Assembly: GCA_963766075.1 (NCBI GenBank)
Contig: CAVYAN010000012.1
Coordinates: 37,507 to 101,506, forward strand
Source: an uncultured cyanobacterium
GTDB taxonomy: Bacteria > Cyanobacteriota > Cyanobacteriia > Leptolyngbyales > Leptolyngbyaceae
Length of the DNA: 64,000 nucleotides
Direction of reading: 5' to 3'
How positions within the stretch are numbered: position 1 is the first letter of the stretch; each line of letters opens with the position of its first letter. The notes beneath the pieces are model-generated. The model did no database searches, was not told the DNA's origin, and worked only from the letters and a program-made list of their open reading frames with translations. Position numbers and translations under genes: made by a program. This document shows, one piece after another, positions 52,217-63,137 of the stretch.

Positions 52217-52627
52217 CAGGGCCACCGCATAAAAAAATTGGGGTAGTGTGGGATAAAGTAACGTCATAGGAAAAGCCGCCCATGAGTCATGGTCGCCGAT
52301 GCTAGCATACTGACGCATTTTTCTAGTTTGAGCGATCCGCTAGACAATCGCGGCAAGAAGCATGTATTGCTCGACATCGTGGTGATCGCGCTGTGTGCGG
52401 TGATCAGCGGAGCGGAAGGATGGGAAGACATCGCCGATTATGGCGTGGCGAAACAAGGATGGTTAGGGACGTTCTTGAGCCTGCCCCACGGGATCCCGAG
52501 TGCCGATACGTTTGAGCGGGTATTCGCGCGCCTAGAGCCATCGGAGTTTCAACGGTGTTTTTTGAGCTGGGTGAAGACGATCAGCGGGCGTTTGGCCTCC
52601 GAGGTGATTGGGATCGATGGCAAAGTC
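52217..52627 (+). mobile_element. truncated ISAs1-family element (N-terminal transposase remnant from 52289)
   Basis: FSSLSDP..KHVL.DIVVIALCAVISGAEGWEDI, GIPSADTFERVF, ends at IDGK; possible left end CAGGG at 52217. Confidence 0.85.
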
Positions 52628-52651
52628 CGTCTACGGCAGGTGATTAGGACA

Positions 52652-53134
52652 CTATGCATAGGATGTTCCATCTTTGTGGACAAACTCCCACTGGCCGGCA
52701 ACGCGCAATGCCTTGAGATCATCGTCGGGATAGATGCCTTCATCTCCCGGCATTCTATCGCCAACTTCTAGATAGAGAACCTCTTCCTCGGTTTCGTTGA
52801 CTAGTCTGTGGCCGTTGCCAGTGCCCGCTTTGAAACCAGCACACATGCCGGGGCTCAGTTGTGTGTGCCCTTCATCGGTGTGTAACGTCGGGTACCCCTG
52901 GAGGACATAAATGAACTCGTCCTGTTGGGTGTGCGCATGGCGCAGAGCTGACACAGCCTGGGGGGCCAAGCGAGTCAGGTTAACGCCAAAATTTGTAAGA
53001 CCAAAGAAATCACCCAGTTGGCGCTTTTCTCTGCCCAGCATCCGCGATGCAAACGGCTCCGGATAGACGGAAGGCTTACTGCGCATGGGCACCTCGGCGG
53101 CAGCGACAGCAAGGGGATGGGACTGATCTGGCAT
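52652..53134 (-). CDS. cupin domain protein
   Basis: LGDFFGLTNFGVNL, SALRHAH..QDEF, GHRLVN, YPDDDL. Confidence 0.9.
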   Translation of the reverse strand: MPDQSHPLAVAAAEVPMRSKPSVYPEPFASRMLGREKRQLGDFFGLTNFGVNLTRLAPQAVSALRHAHTQQDEFIYVLQGYPTLHTDEGHTQLSPGMCAGFKAGTGNGHRLVNETEEEVLYLEVGDRMPGDEGIYPDDDLKALRVAGQWEFVHKDGTSYA

Positions 53135-53189
53135 GGGAGCCTCGCAGAATAGAGTGATGAGGATGATACAACTGAGGCATAGCCAGATC

Positions 53190-53231
53190 CTACCGTCAGA
53201 TCACTACCGTCAGATAACTACCGTCAGATCA
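53190..53231 (+). repeat. 14-bp tandem repeat x3
   Basis: CTACCGTCAGAT(C/A)A x3. Confidence 0.8.
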
Positions 53232-53493
53232 CATGCCCTCATTGTTGTTAAGAGATTGCTACGAAAGAATCTATCGATCCAGATTGCGCCCTGAGCGGAG
53301 TCGAAGAGAGTAATCTGGATCGGAAGTCTCCTCAGTCGTCTGTTCTAGTGCCTTAACGTCATCGCCGCTCCCCTGTGACTAAAAATCCGAGGCATAAGCT
53401 GGGCGATCGCCGCCATCAGACCCCCACCCCAGACAAACCTCGATCCAATAAGTCCCGATACAATAAGTCATCCCACATCCGTCCATAGGCCCC

Positions 53494-53898
53494 ATGCATC
53501 TCCTCGACGACGAAGCCGACTTGCCCGCCCAAATCAACATCGTGCCAATGATCGATGTGATTTTTGCGATTCTCACCTTCTTTATCATGTCATCGCTGTA
53601 CCTGACCAAATCTCAAGGTCTCCCCGTCAACCTGCCCAAAGCCGTCACCGCCCAAAATCAGGACCGCAGCGAAATTACCATCACCCTAGACGCCAAAGGC
53701 CAAATCGCCCTCAACCGCCAACCCGCCCAACCCCGCGATCTGCCCGTGCGCATTCGAGCCCTCATGGGAAATAAGCAGCAAGCCCTCGTCGTCATCAACG
53801 CCGATGAGCGCGTCACCCACGGCAAAGTGATCGCCGTCATGGATCAACTGCGGACGATTCCGGGCGTGAAAATGGCGATCGCCGCACGGCGTAATTAA
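53494..53898 (+). CDS. exbD: ExbD/TolR biopolymer transport protein
   Basis: INIVPMIDVIFAILTFF, VNLPKA, INADERV.HG. Confidence 0.9.
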   Translation: MHLLDDEADLPAQINIVPMIDVIFAILTFFIMSSLYLTKSQGLPVNLPKAVTAQNQDRSEITITLDAKGQIALNRQPAQPRDLPVRIRALMGNKQQALVVINADERVTHGKVIAVMDQLRTIPGVKMAIAARRN

Positions 53899-53948
53899 AA
53901 ATGACGCCCCATGGGAAATGACGCCTCATGGGAGCTAACCGAGCCGAC

Positions 53949-55286
53949 CTAGGCAATACTGCCCCGTTTCCGCGCCTCCTTGTACGACGTGCCCACATTT
54001 CGCAACCCGGCCCGAATCATCTGCTGCTCCAGCAGGGCAAAAAACCGCGTGCGATCGCCCCCTCGGACCACCGCCTGATTGTGCGCCTCCGCCAGCGCCA
54101 CCGGATAGCCAAACCCCTTCTGCACCTGCGCCACCGTCAAGCTCAGGGCTATATCCAGCAATTCCGCATCTTGCGCCACCCAATCCGGAAACTCCACCCG
54201 CGCCACCTCAGTGCCGACGTGGACATAGCAGAAGGAAATCCCTTGGTCGCCTTCGGGATCTCCATAGAGGCCCAAAATCCGCGCAGAGCTGCGCCAAATC
54301 GGGCTTCGCTGCCCCGGCTCTAGTTCTAAAGCCCAGACCGCCGTATCCTTAAGTGGATCTAGCACCTGGCAGGGCGGGCGATCTCCCGTGTTCGATTTTC
54401 TCGTCGCCTTTTTGCCCCTAGCCTTTTGACCTGCCGCTGACAGGTTCGCCGCCTTGCCAGTCCCCGTCTTGCCAGCTACAGACTCCTCAGCCACAGACCC
54501 CTCAAAAATATCCGCCTGAAAAATATCCGGCTCGGCTCCCCCCTTTCCCGCACAATGGGTGGGACAGTCGGGCGCATCAAACGGACACGCTTGCAACCGC
54601 AAAAAACTCAGCGCCTCGCCACTGCGCGACGCACTCACATAGCCCACCAACGGAATTCGTCGTGCCCGCAGTTCCGCCCAGGCCGCCAGAATCGGGGGGA
54701 GGATGCAATCGCGGGCTTCCGGCGGCAACGCCTCCAAAAACCAGTAGATCAGCGAACCATCCACCATGGCGATCGCCGGTCCCCGCACCGTATCCGCCAA
54801 CTCCGCCAGCATGCGGGCCTCCGACACCGTCCGCTGATAGCCCATCCATTCCTCAGTCCGAATGCCCCACTGGCGAGAAACATACAAATCCTCGGGTCGA
54901 TAAAAAACCTCCGGCAGGCTATCCAGCAAAGGTAGGCGGTTTTGCCCATAGTGCAGCACAATCCGCCCCACATTAATCAAGTAGCAATAGGCGATTTCGT
55001 GATGATTCGGGGCAATTTGGGAACCATCCGTAGCCAACACGGTATGCGCCGCCGGAGCTGTAGGCACCGCCGATCGCCACTGCAACGGTTCCCTCGGCAC
55101 CGCCGCACTAAAACAGAGGCGATCGCCCCACCGTTGCTGCTGGGCCACCAACGGCACCTGATTTTTCGCCGCCTGGGCTAGGAGCGATCGGGCCAGGGTC
55201 AATCGCTCCTGTGTTGCCGTTGCTTCCAGGGCTAAATATTGGCTAATCCCCTGCATTTGCTGAGCCAGTTTCGTCAAATCCAGCAT
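53949..55286 (-). CDS. nurA: NurA-domain nuclease
   Basis: ATDGSQI, MVDGSL, GYPVALAEAHNQAVV. Confidence 0.85.
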   Translation of the reverse strand: MLDLTKLAQQMQGISQYLALEATATQERLTLARSLLAQAAKNQVPLVAQQQRWGDRLCFSAAVPREPLQWRSAVPTAPAAHTVLATDGSQIAPNHHEIAYCYLINVGRIVLHYGQNRLPLLDSLPEVFYRPEDLYVSRQWGIRTEEWMGYQRTVSEARMLAELADTVRGPAIAMVDGSLIYWFLEALPPEARDCILPPILAAWAELRARRIPLVGYVSASRSGEALSFLRLQACPFDAPDCPTHCAGKGGAEPDIFQADIFEGSVAEESVAGKTGTGKAANLSAAGQKARGKKATRKSNTGDRPPCQVLDPLKDTAVWALELEPGQRSPIWRSSARILGLYGDPEGDQGISFCYVHVGTEVARVEFPDWVAQDAELLDIALSLTVAQVQKGFGYPVALAEAHNQAVVRGGDRTRFFALLEQQMIRAGLRNVGTSYKEARKRGSIA

Positions 55287-55958
55287 TTGAGTCGTGGGTT
55301 AAGTAATATCCATTCACCCTACACCCCTCATCCAGCAAAAAATGCCAAATCCCAGCAAAATTTTCGTCCATTTTGCGAAATTGTGTGTAACATCGCACTT
55401 GAGTACATTAATACTGCGTAATCAATTGAGGATTCTAGATCAAAGAGTTTCAGCATCAGATCGTTTATAGAGCGCTTGTCTTCAGGATTAGCCAGTCATA
55501 AATTGCCATTAGCCCCACCTGATTCCTCCCGATTCAGAAGCAGCTAATAGCGCAGGGTAAGAACATTTCAGAAAGCGTTGGGTCAGTCCAAAACTTTTTT
55601 AGAGAGTGGTGCGCTAAATTTGTCACTCCCTCCTATAATTCTTCTTTCCCTAAGTAGCAAATGGCAACGTCATGGCCTAGAGAGGTTCACTTAAAAATCC
55701 TTGAATCAACCTTTTAGTTGATTCAAACTCTGTGAATCAAATGGATGGCGATGCAGTAGTATCTGAAATGAGCCAATCCAATTAAAGTCCTAATGGCGCT
55801 TTGGTAGGGAATCTCTAGGTGGCATGTTGAACTGGGTTTAACCGCTCTGGTTTAAAAGGCTACGTTGAATCACCGTTTAATTGAGCCGTTTAATTAATAC
55901 GTACAATTGCTGGTTTTGGGTCGGTCCTTTCCCCTCTTTTAAGTGAGTAGATGATATT

Positions 55959-57071
55959 GTGGATGGCTTAAAAAATCTACTGTCTAAAGGTTCCAAGGGC
56001 ATCGGTGTGGAGCTTTCCCCCAATCGCATCAACGTATCTCAACTGCGGCGGCAGGGACAGGGATACAAGCTCACCACCTTGGCATCCGCTCCCGTTCCTG
56101 AAGGTATGTTTCAAGACGGGCAAATTACTGACATCGCCGGGGTGGCTGAATTACTTCAGGCCCTCCTCGCCGAGAACAAAATCAAAACCAAAAAAGTCGC
56201 CACGGCAGTCACCGGTGGGCGCGATACGGTAACGCGGATTATTCCAATTCCTGCCGAATTGAATGACCAAGAGCTGCGGGAAATGGTTTTGAATCAAGAA
56301 GCCGGTCTTTACCTACCGTTTCCCCGAGAAGAAGCCGACGTAGATTATCAGAAATTGGGCCTCTTTGTCGATGAAGATGGCATTGAAAAATTCCAAGTGC
56401 TACTCGTTGCCACCCGCAAAGAAATTACGGATAGCTACATCCAAACCTTTCAGCAAGCTGGTCTGCAAGTGGATGTATTGGAAATTAGCAGTTTCGCCTT
56501 GATTCGGACCATTCGTGAACAGTTGCGACAGTTTTCCCCCCAAGAAGCCGTAGCCTTGGTGGATATCGAGTTTGAGAGCACTGAGATTTCCATTGCCGTG
56601 GATGGCGTGCCGCAGTTTTCCCGAACCGTCCCGATTGGCACCTACCAAATTCAAAGTGCCCTGTCGCGCGCCATGAACTTGCCCCCCAGCCGCAGCACCG
56701 ATTTGCTCCAGGGTATGACCATTCCCTTGGGTGCAGCCGACACCCTGGGGAATCCAGCCCGCAGTGGCGGTACCAATCCCGGAGCCGCTGCCATGCTGCG
56801 CATCATTAGCGATCTGGCCGATGAGCTACGCCGTTCCATCGATTTCTACCTCAACCAGGGAGACAATTTGGAAGTCGCTCAGTTGCTGTTGGCTGGACCG
56901 GGAGCATCCATTGGCCAATTGGATGAATTCTTCACGCAGCGTTTGAGTCTGCCGAGTAGTCAAATTGATCCGATCGCCGCCCTCGGGCTAGAGGTGGATC
57001 AGGATATTCCGCCAGCCACACGGGCAGGGTTGGCAGTTGTGTTGGGTTTGGGACTCCGGGAGGCCGCATAA
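55959..57071 (+). CDS. pilM: type IV pilus assembly protein PilM
   Basis: GIGVEL, EAGLYLPFPREE, ELRRSIDFY, LGLGLR. Confidence 0.93.
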   Translation: MDGLKNLLSKGSKGIGVELSPNRINVSQLRRQGQGYKLTTLASAPVPEGMFQDGQITDIAGVAELLQALLAENKIKTKKVATAVTGGRDTVTRIIPIPAELNDQELREMVLNQEAGLYLPFPREEADVDYQKLGLFVDEDGIEKFQVLLVATRKEITDSYIQTFQQAGLQVDVLEISSFALIRTIREQLRQFSPQEAVALVDIEFESTEISIAVDGVPQFSRTVPIGTYQIQSALSRAMNLPPSRSTDLLQGMTIPLGAADTLGNPARSGGTNPGAAAMLRIISDLADELRRSIDFYLNQGDNLEVAQLLLAGPGASIGQLDEFFTQRLSLPSSQIDPIAALGLEVDQDIPPATRAGLAVVLGLGLREAA

Positions 57072-57073
57072 CG

Positions 57074-57915
57074 ATGTATAGCTTAGACATTAATTTCCTG
57101 AATGATCGTCCGGAGTACAGCCCGGATAAAGGGCGAAATGCCGCCCGTGGCGGGGGCGATCGCGCGCACCCGCCAATCCCGATGATAAGCGTCCTCTGTT
57201 GTTAGGGGCAGCCTTGGGGCTAGCCGCCTTGGCGGTTTCAGGCGGAGCGTTTCTATTCTTCTCCACCCAAAATGCCTCCCTGGAAGCACAGCAACAGGAG
57301 CTTGACGGCAAGCTGGGGGATCTGGAAGCGAAGCAAAAAGAAGTCGCGAACGTCGAAACTGAGATTAAGCAAATTAAGGATGAGTCCACGGCCCTCGCCA
57401 GCGTGTTTAACACCATCAAGCCGTGGTCGGCCTTAATGCAGGATGTCCGCGATCGCATCCCTGCAAACGTGCAAATTCTCACCGTTAAGCAAGCCGCGCC
57501 CACAGCCGGTGCTGCCCCAGCCGCTAAACCCGCCGCTGCCGGAGCGCCGTCCCTGCCAGTGGCCGATCCCGTTCTGATTGGTGGTGTTGCCACTGGGTTT
57601 AACGATGTCAACGATTTCTTGCTGGTGCTGCAAAAGTCCAACTTTGTCAAAGCCGACGAAACCAAGTTGATTAAAGCTGCCCTGGAAACCGAAGACCGCA
57701 AGCTAGAACCGATCAAATTGGAAAACATTCCAGGACTGGGCGGCACCAACACCATCGAGCTACCCAAGATTCCGAAACAGGTCGCCTTTACCATCCAGGT
57801 CACCTTGACGGACGTAACGGCTTCTGAGTTACTTCGAGAGCTCGATCGCAAAGGAGCCGTGGGCTTAGTCACCCGCATCGAAGCGCTGCAACAAAAGGGA
57901 GTGATTCAGAAATGA
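57074..57915 (+). CDS. pilN: type IV pilus assembly protein PilN; frameshift at about 57160
   Basis: MYSLDINFLNDR (INFL motif) from ATG 57074, continuing in the frame of ORF 57199..57915 (KPWSAL, VNDFLL). Confidence 0.88.
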
Positions 57916-58799
57916 CCAGCGATTTTATGCCATCGGATCTCGATGATGATTTGGGACCGGAGTATCCCGTGGTGTTTGGTATCACCTTTACCCCAGTGAT
58001 CACCGGGGTGTTGGTAGGACTTGGGTTAATTGCCCTCGCGGGGGCGCTGTGGTTCTATCTGGGGCAGGCTGAACTCGAAAAAAATCAGCAATTATCGGCC
58101 CAAGTTGCCGAGAAGCAGCGCAAACTCGACCAGCAAGCCACCATCCTCAAAAATATTGCCGAGGCAAAAACTCGTCTCGCGACCACGAAAAAGCAGCGGG
58201 AAGAGGTGATGAAACTGTTCGCCACCCCCGCCACCTTGAATACGCTCTTGCTCGATCTCAATCGCCAGGTTGACAGCCGTAATGTCGGGCTGCTGCAAGC
58301 CAAGACCAATAAACTGGCGGGTTGTCCCGTTTGGGTGCGCAACGGCGGACAGAAATTTGATGACGAGTTGGCCAGTAAGGGCTTTGCCGTCGTGGCCAAG
58401 TCGCAATTGGAAAAATTTGAACCCGATGACAAAAAAACGGGGGTTATTGCCGATGGCTCCTATGGCTCCTTGGTCGATAACAAGCTGAAGCGCCAAACGG
58501 TCAACGTCGAATTTGCCGGGAATTTCAATCAAACCCAGCAAATCCTACGCAGTATTGAACGCCTACAGCCCCTACTCGTCCTGAAAAATATGGACATGAA
58601 GGTGGGCAAAGATGGTAATTCCGCCAGTTTACGCCTGTTCGAGTTGCGCGGGGATACGGTGCAATTTTTGACAAACTGCCAGATGGAGCCCGTAATTACC
58701 TCTAAGTTTCAATTAGAGGCGTTGCTGCCCCTGAGCCCTGAGGAAGCAGCGAAGGTGGCACCCGCGCCCGCCGCTGCCGCTGCTCCGGCTCCGAAGTAG
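57912..58799 (+). CDS. pilO: type IV pilus assembly protein PilO
   Basis: Position, TM + coiled coil, TLLLDLNR, LRSIERLQPLL. Confidence 0.85.
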   Translation: MTSDFMPSDLDDDLGPEYPVVFGITFTPVITGVLVGLGLIALAGALWFYLGQAELEKNQQLSAQVAEKQRKLDQQATILKNIAEAKTRLATTKKQREEVMKLFATPATLNTLLLDLNRQVDSRNVGLLQAKTNKLAGCPVWVRNGGQKFDDELASKGFAVVAKSQLEKFEPDDKKTGVIADGSYGSLVDNKLKRQTVNVEFAGNFNQTQQILRSIERLQPLLVLKNMDMKVGKDGNSASLRLFELRGDTVQFLTNCQMEPVITSKFQLEALLPLSPEEAAKVAPAPAAAAAPAPK

Positions 58800-58896
58800 C
58801 TGTCCATGGCCTCCGCCAAAAACGCGCCATTCATGCCGAACCACTCGCATTACTAGCCGCCCGCATTACTAGCCATACTTAAGTGAGGAAGACATC

Positions 58897-61059
58897 GTGA
58901 AACGGTCTCAGGGATTTAATGGAATTGTCTTGGGTGGAGTGGCGGCGATCGCCCTAGTGCAACCTGCCGTTGCCTCCCCCACCGCCATTACAGGTGTCAG
59001 TGTCAACCCCACCGGGTCTGGCATGAACCTCGTTTTAAAGACCCCCGTCGGTGACAAACCCCAGGTGTTTGCCGTCAATCGCGGCAACAGTTGGACTGCC
59101 GACATCACCAACACCCGCATGCAGCTTTCCGGTGGTGACACCAGCTTTGTCCAGGAAAATCCGGCCCCCGGCATCGCTGTGGTGCGCGTCGTGCCCTTGG
59201 ATGCCAACAGCGTCCGGGTCACTGTCATCGGACAATCTGGCACCCCCGTCGGCCAAATTTCCCGGCCTGCCACCGGTGGCATCGTCTTTGGGTTGACCTC
59301 GGGCGGTCCTGTTAGTCAAGCTCCAGCTCCCACGGCTCCCGCAGCTCCGGCTCCCACAGCACCCCGCTCCCCGGCTCCAGTTGGAGTTCCCCCCTTAGTT
59401 CCTAACCCCGAAATCACCTATCAAGGGGGCACCCCCGTCCCTAACCCCAACGTGCCCCCCAATATTCCCCGAGCCATGGCTCCCCCTGTGGGCGATCTGG
59501 CGGCATCCCATACTGATGCCTCTGCCGCTTACATTAACTTGGGCACAACGGAACGGGTGCCCCGCCTGGTGCTGCGGGATGCCCCCGCACGGGAAGTGCT
59601 CTCGCTGCTGGCCCGTGCTGCCAGTTTGAACCTGGCCTTTACCAACGAAGAGCAAAAGGAAGGGCAAGCCGCCGCCCCCTCCGCCGAAGGGACTGCCAAC
59701 GAAGGTCCCAAGGTCACGTTGGATATTGAGAATGAGCCGATTCAAAACGTGTTTAACTACGTTCTGCAAATCTCCGGACTAGATGCCAATCGGGTCGGAC
59801 GCACCATCTTTGTGGGCAAAAAGTTGCCCAATGCCGCGCGGAACGTCATTGTTCGCAGCATTCGCCTAAATCAGACCAATGTCACCAGCGCCGTCAATTT
59901 CCTGGTCACCCTGGGGGCTGAAAGTGCCGTCAGCCGGGAGCGGCTAATTACCAGCGTGAACGCCGTCCCCGTCGCCCAGTTGGCTGGGGGAGCGGGCAGT
60001 GCCATCACCCAAACCCAAACCACCACGGAAGCCCGGATTGAAACGCAGCGGGTGACCTACACTGATTCCACTCCACTCCTGCGCGGGTTGCAGGTGTCGG
60101 GGGATGAGCGCACGAATCAAGTCACCCTGGTCGGCACGCCCAAACAAATCGAAATTGCCACCGCCCAGCTCACTCAACTGGATGTCCGCCGCCGTCAGGT
60201 CGTGGTGAATGTCCGTGTCGTGGATATTAACTTGTTAGCGGCAGATCGGGCAGCGGCGAGTTTCTCCTTTGGGGTGGATCAGACCCGCTTTATTAACCAG
60301 GGGGGCATTGCCATTGTTAACTTTGGCAGTCGGGGACCGGCCTCGACTGGGTTGACAGGGGCTGATAATATTGGCAGCGCCGTGGATGCTAGCTCAACCG
60401 GGTCTAACCCCTTCAACTTTGCCCGAAATTTCTTTGGTCAGTTGCAGGCCGCTATCACCAACGGTAATGCCAAGGTGCTTACCGATCCCACCTTGTTGGT
60501 GCAAGAAGGCCAAACAGCCACCGTCAACTTGACCCAGGAAGTGGTGACAAACCTGTCGCAGCAAATTACTTCCTCTGGCGGCACAACCACGGCCACTTTA
60601 ACCATCGAAAAAGCAAAGGCAGGGCTAATTCTGCCCGTGAAAATCGATCGCATTGATGATAATGGCTTTATCTCATTGTCAGTCGCCCCCTCGGTGTCTC
60701 GTCCCGATTCGCAGCAGGCGATCAACTTCCCCAATCTACCCACCAACTTTGTCACTCTGCTGGCGGAACGGCGGCTAGAGTCAGGGCAAGTGCGCCTCCG
60801 CGATGGCCAAACCTTGATTCTCTCTGGCATTATCCAGGATCAGGATCGGGCAACCGTCACTAAGTTCCCCATCCTGGGTGACCTACCCTTGCTGGGGGCC
60901 TTGTTCCGTAAAACGGTGCGGGAAAGTGAGCGGAAGGAAGTGATTGTCTTGGTCACGCCCAGAATCCTGGATGATTCCGATCGCAGCACCCTAGGCTATG
61001 GCTACAATCCCAGCCCGACGGCCCAGCAAATCCTGGAACGCGGTACCACAAGCCCCTAG
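58897..61059 (+). CDS. pilQ: type IV pilus secretin PilQ with AMIN domain
   Basis: LDVRRRQVVV, LTDPTL, RLRDGQTLILSG, PILGDLPLLGALFR, VTPRI. Confidence 0.93.
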   Translation: MKRSQGFNGIVLGGVAAIALVQPAVASPTAITGVSVNPTGSGMNLVLKTPVGDKPQVFAVNRGNSWTADITNTRMQLSGGDTSFVQENPAPGIAVVRVVPLDANSVRVTVIGQSGTPVGQISRPATGGIVFGLTSGGPVSQAPAPTAPAAPAPTAPRSPAPVGVPPLVPNPEITYQGGTPVPNPNVPPNIPRAMAPPVGDLAASHTDASAAYINLGTTERVPRLVLRDAPAREVLSLLARAASLNLAFTNEEQKEGQAAAPSAEGTANEGPKVTLDIENEPIQNVFNYVLQISGLDANRVGRTIFVGKKLPNAARNVIVRSIRLNQTNVTSAVNFLVTLGAESAVSRERLITSVNAVPVAQLAGGAGSAITQTQTTTEARIETQRVTYTDSTPLLRGLQVSGDERTNQVTLVGTPKQIEIATAQLTQLDVRRRQVVVNVRVVDINLLAADRAAASFSFGVDQTRFINQGGIAIVNFGSRGPASTGLTGADNIGSAVDASSTGSNPFNFARNFFGQLQAAITNGNAKVLTDPTLLVQEGQTATVNLTQEVVTNLSQQITSSGGTTTATLTIEKAKAGLILPVKIDRIDDNGFISLSVAPSVSRPDSQQAINFPNLPTNFVTLLAERRLESGQVRLRDGQTLILSGIIQDQDRATVTKFPILGDLPLLGALFRKTVRESERKEVIVLVTPRILDDSDRSTLGYGYNPSPTAQQILERGTTSP

Positions 61060-61121
61060 TTGATTTTAGAGTTTGGATTTTAGAGCCAAGCCAAAATCTA
61101 AACTCTAAATCTGATCCAGTT

Positions 61122-62549
61122 TTACTCCGGTAGGCCCATTACTTTGCGGTAGTGGGCTTCTACTTGGTGAATGGTTTTGAACGTGGGCTGCGGGCGATTG
61201 CGACTGAGGCGGAGGACTTCCTGGCGCAGGCCCTCGGTATCCACCGTCAGGACTTTGCCCTCGGCGACTAAACGTTTGCCATTCACCCAAACGCTATCAA
61301 TTGCATTGGTTGGTCTGCCCAGCACCAGCAATTGCAGCGGGTCGTTGAGGGGCAGCATCGAGAAATGGGCTAGATCGTACAGCACGCAGTCGGCCTGTTT
61401 GCCGATGGTGAGGGTGCCGATTTGGTCCCCGAGATTCACACCCTGGGCTCCTCCCTGGGTGGCCATGGCGATCGCCTGCCGGGGGGTCAGCCAATGACGA
61501 TAGTCTGTTTCGGTAACGCAGGGCAAAATGGTGCCCAGTTTAATGGCTTCAAGTAAGTCCTGCGAATCATTACTGGCGGCCCCATCACAGCCAAAGGCCA
61601 CATTTACCCCCGCCCTGAGATAGTTCAGGATTGGGGCAATGCCACTGCCCAAGCGTAAATTGCTGACCGGATTGTGGGCAACGGTGGCGCGGGTTGCCGC
61701 CAGGATTTCGATGTCGCAATCGCTGAGCCATACGCAATGGGCCAGGGATGTGCGGTGATCTAAAAAGCCCAATTGGTGTAAGTGGGCGAGGCCGCTGCCC
61801 CCGTACTTTTCCGTGGCTAACTGCTGCTGCGCCCGAGTTTCCAGCAGATGGGTATGGCGGCATAAATTATAGCGATCGCCCAGCTCGGCACAGCCAACAA
61901 ACAGGGCATCCGAGCAGCGCTGAAAGCCGGTTGGCCCCAAGGCAATGTTGATGCCCTGCTCGGGCGCATGGAACTCCTGCACGAGGTCAGCCATTCTGGC
62001 CAGGATTGTCTCGGTTGTCTCCGGGTAGGGCGAATGGGGCAGCGATCGGCCCTGGGGCAGACTATAGACAAACGGTTGATCCTGAAGCAACGGGGCAATA
62101 AAGGCCCGAATGCCCGCTTCTCGATAGCCGCGCACCAAGGCTGCCAGCGATTCCCGCTCCTGTCCAGGAATTAGCAGGCTGTGATCCACGACGCAGGTGC
62201 CGCCAGATAATAGGGTATTCACCGCTGTACTCAGCGCCGCCAGGTAGTACTGGTCCACTCGGGTGACCGCCGTATCCATCAAATCGGCGATCCAGAGTTC
62301 CAGGGGCAGTTGAGGAATGGTGCCGCGCTGCCAGGTTTGGAAGCCGTGGGTGTGGGCATTGACGAATCCCGGCAGCAGCAATTTATCGGTGCCATCCACG
62401 CGCTTATCTGCGGTAGTGGCATCGATAGCGTTGGGCGTTGGTGCTGTAGGGGAGATCGCCGCAATTGCTGGCCCCACAATCTGCACATCCACCGTTTCAT
62501 AACTATCCAGGGTCGGGATTTTCACCCCATGAATCCATGTACTCATCAT
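61122..62549 (-). CDS. amidohydrolase (AtzA/SsnA/deaminase-like)
   Basis: PGFVNAHTH, HTHLLE, SLAHCVW, HNPVSNLRLGSG, GCDG. Confidence 0.9.
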   Translation of the reverse strand: MMSTWIHGVKIPTLDSYETVDVQIVGPAIAAISPTAPTPNAIDATTADKRVDGTDKLLLPGFVNAHTHGFQTWQRGTIPQLPLELWIADLMDTAVTRVDQYYLAALSTAVNTLLSGGTCVVDHSLLIPGQERESLAALVRGYREAGIRAFIAPLLQDQPFVYSLPQGRSLPHSPYPETTETILARMADLVQEFHAPEQGINIALGPTGFQRCSDALFVGCAELGDRYNLCRHTHLLETRAQQQLATEKYGGSGLAHLHQLGFLDHRTSLAHCVWLSDCDIEILAATRATVAHNPVSNLRLGSGIAPILNYLRAGVNVAFGCDGAASNDSQDLLEAIKLGTILPCVTETDYRHWLTPRQAIAMATQGGAQGVNLGDQIGTLTIGKQADCVLYDLAHFSMLPLNDPLQLLVLGRPTNAIDSVWVNGKRLVAEGKVLTVDTEGLRQEVLRLSRNRPQPTFKTIHQVEAHYRKVMGLPE

Positions 62550-63087
62550 CACTCCTCCACAGACCGTGGCTGATCCGAATGCCGCCCAAGGATAGCACCC
62601 GAACCAGGGACATCGTGTAGGCCCAGGCCAACCCCCAGTGCGCCCCCTGCGTATCCGCCACGGCAACTAACTGCCGCTGATAGCCATACGCCTCGAGGCG
62701 GCCTTCCGGCACCCAGTGCCGCAGGGCGACCGGATCATGCTGCTCAAATTGATCTAGGATGTCTATCATTGGCACGTCTAAGATTGGCACGTCTAGGATT
62801 GGCAGATTGTCTTGCGCATGGCCAAAGGTGAGCAAAAACCCGTGGACGCGATCGCGATCTCCGCTGAGGGCGGATCGCGATCGCCAGACTCCCCGCAAAG
62901 CGGTTCCATCAAACCCGGCGGCGCGAGAGTGGATCCGTGAGGGCCGGATATCCCAGGGGCAAATGGTAGAGAACCCCCTGGGCGATCGCGGCTGTACCCT
63001 CACCGGATAATCGCGATACACCCAGTCGTTAATTTCACCCGGCTTGAGCGTTCCATAAACAAACACCGGAATCACAGCCCGCTCCAT
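62503..63087 (-). CDS. gamma-glutamylcyclotransferase (AIG2-like), with two apparent compensating indels
   Basis: VFVYGTLKPGE; a shift at about 62990 gives AIAQGVLYHLPLGYPALT, then VHGFLLTF and AWAY. Confidence 0.75.
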   Translation of the reverse strand: MERAVIPVFVYGTLKPGEINDWVYRDYPVRVQPRSPRGFSTICPWDIRPSRIHSRAAGFDGTALRGVWRSRSALSGDRDRVHGFLLTFGHAQDNLPILDVPILDVPMIDILDQFEQHDPVALRHWVPEGRLEAYGYQRQLVAVADTQGAHWGLAWAYTMSLVRVLSLGGIRISHGLWRSDDEYMDSWGENPDPG

Positions 63088-63137
63088 CGCACCATCCTCA
63101 GCTTGCTCCGTCCTTAGCTTGCTCCGTCCTCAGCCTT

